A program made the translations under genes and the position numbers. From IMG/VR virus record IMGVR_UViG_3300007790_000263, positions 1 through 6,658 of that record: a stretch of DNA of 6,658 bases. The stretch is one strand, 5' to 3'. Every line of letters begins with the position of its first letter. Position 1 is the stretch's first letter. This document shows positions 6,152 to 6,658 of this stretch, one piece after another. The notes below the pieces were generated by a model. It was not told the DNA's origin, ran no database searches, and saw nothing but the letters and a program-made list of their open reading frames with translations. Source of the DNA: a virus. Taxonomy: Duplodnaviria > Heunggongvirae > Uroviricota > Caudoviricetes.

Positions 6152-6504
6152 TACGCCTCCGATGTAACAGTCGTTATTCCATAGAGAGTGTCGATTTCAG
6201 TGGAAAACCTGACACGTCGGGTCGTGGTATCCACCGTAGTATTGAAAGAGAGGATTGATTTAACGCCCCGCGTTTCGAGGATGCGCTTACGGATCGCCAG
6301 GTTGTAGGTTTCCGGCTTCTGCTTACCGAGTACGGACTGGATCCACGGAGTCCCCTCGGTGGTGTCGAGAAACCATTGCCCATACCACAATTCGAATCGC
6401 GTTTTTACCGCCTGCGCCACGGCCTCCGGTGAGTTAATCAGCCAGGTGTCATCACCGCTGCCAAAGGTGTAATCGCCATCGGCGTCTTCACGTCTGTATC
6501 GCAT
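6151..6504 (-). CDS. Small baseplate protein at the gpW / gp25 position (117 aa)
   Basis: ORF from the track. ATGA overlap with the upstream spike gene and TAATG overlap with the J-like gene. Size matches the small wedge subunit class (P2 gpW is ~115 aa). Family assigned by position and size only. Confidence 0.6.
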   Translation of the reverse strand: MRYRREDADGDYTFGSGDDTWLINSPEAVAQAVKTRFELWYGQWFLDTTEGTPWIQSVLGKQKPETYNLAIRKRILETRGVKSILSFNTTVDTTTRRVRFSTEIDTLYGITTVTSEA

Positions 6505-6658
6505 CAGTTTACCCCATCGGTATTGCTTCCACCGCGCTGAACACCGCCATGAGTGTGCGTATCATCGATTGGCTTGCCGTTAGCCTTAACGCTCCCCAAG
6601 AACTCAACAGCACCAGTGATTTTTGAAGCCACACCAGAAACAACAGACCCCACCATGC
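6504..6658 (-). CDS. Partial CDS (C-terminal 50 codons; N-terminus beyond the window): candidate baseplate central spike, gpV-like
   Basis: My manual minus-strand translation of 6656-6507 gives an open frame ...MVGSVVSGVASKITGAVEFLGSVKANGKPIDDTHTHGGVQRGGSNTDGVN, ending at TGA 6506-6504, which overlaps the next start as ATGA. The HxH motif (THTH) near the C-terminus is consistent with the His-coordinated metal site at the tip of P2 gpV-type spikes. Not in the supplied ORF track because it runs off the window edge. Confidence 0.5.
   Translation of the reverse strand, partial: MVGSVVSGVASKITGAVEFLGSVKANGKPIDDTHTHGGVQRGGSNTDGVN

Noticed and set aside
6174-6383. 69-aa minus-strand ORF in an alternative frame inside the W-position gene
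   Set aside because: Nested out-of-frame ORF with an Arg/Ser-rich artefactual translation.
1-6658. CRISPR arrays, tRNA or rRNA genes, IS elements with terminal inverted repeats
   Set aside because: No regularly spaced direct repeats, no cloverleaf-like or rRNA-like segments and no transposase-like ORFs are visible. The only inverted repeats are the invertase crossover sites and the hairpin at 1683-1714.

Overview
The window spans the junction between a myovirus-type prophage baseplate/tail-fibre operon (minus strand, ~1740-6658, about half GC by eye) and a clearly AT-rich cargo island (plus strand, 1 to ~1720). The operon reads, right to left: the C-terminal end of a spike (V-like) gene, a small W-position gene, a J-like baseplate gene, an I-position gene, a tail fibre and a tail-fibre assembly chaperone (Tfa), all joined by ATGA/TAATG overlaps. 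The 3' half of the fibre gene and its tfa lie inside a ~1.87-kb invertible segment bounded by inverted 26-bp crossover sites (2057-2082 and 3925-3950). The segment carries a second, promoterless fibre-tip cassette and a second tfa on the opposite strand. The serine invertase gene beside it survives only as a 35-codon N-terminal remnant (1898-2002, minus strand). The best candidate for an undescribed system is a two-gene operon on the AT-rich island: a small membrane protein with about three predicted transmembrane helices (373-831) followed by a TIR-like protein (836-1654) with a ThsB-like IFISHSSKD strand and a candidate catalytic Glu in SPWISSE. All calls are from reading the sequence and the supplied ORF track; no searches were run, and family assignments are from memory.
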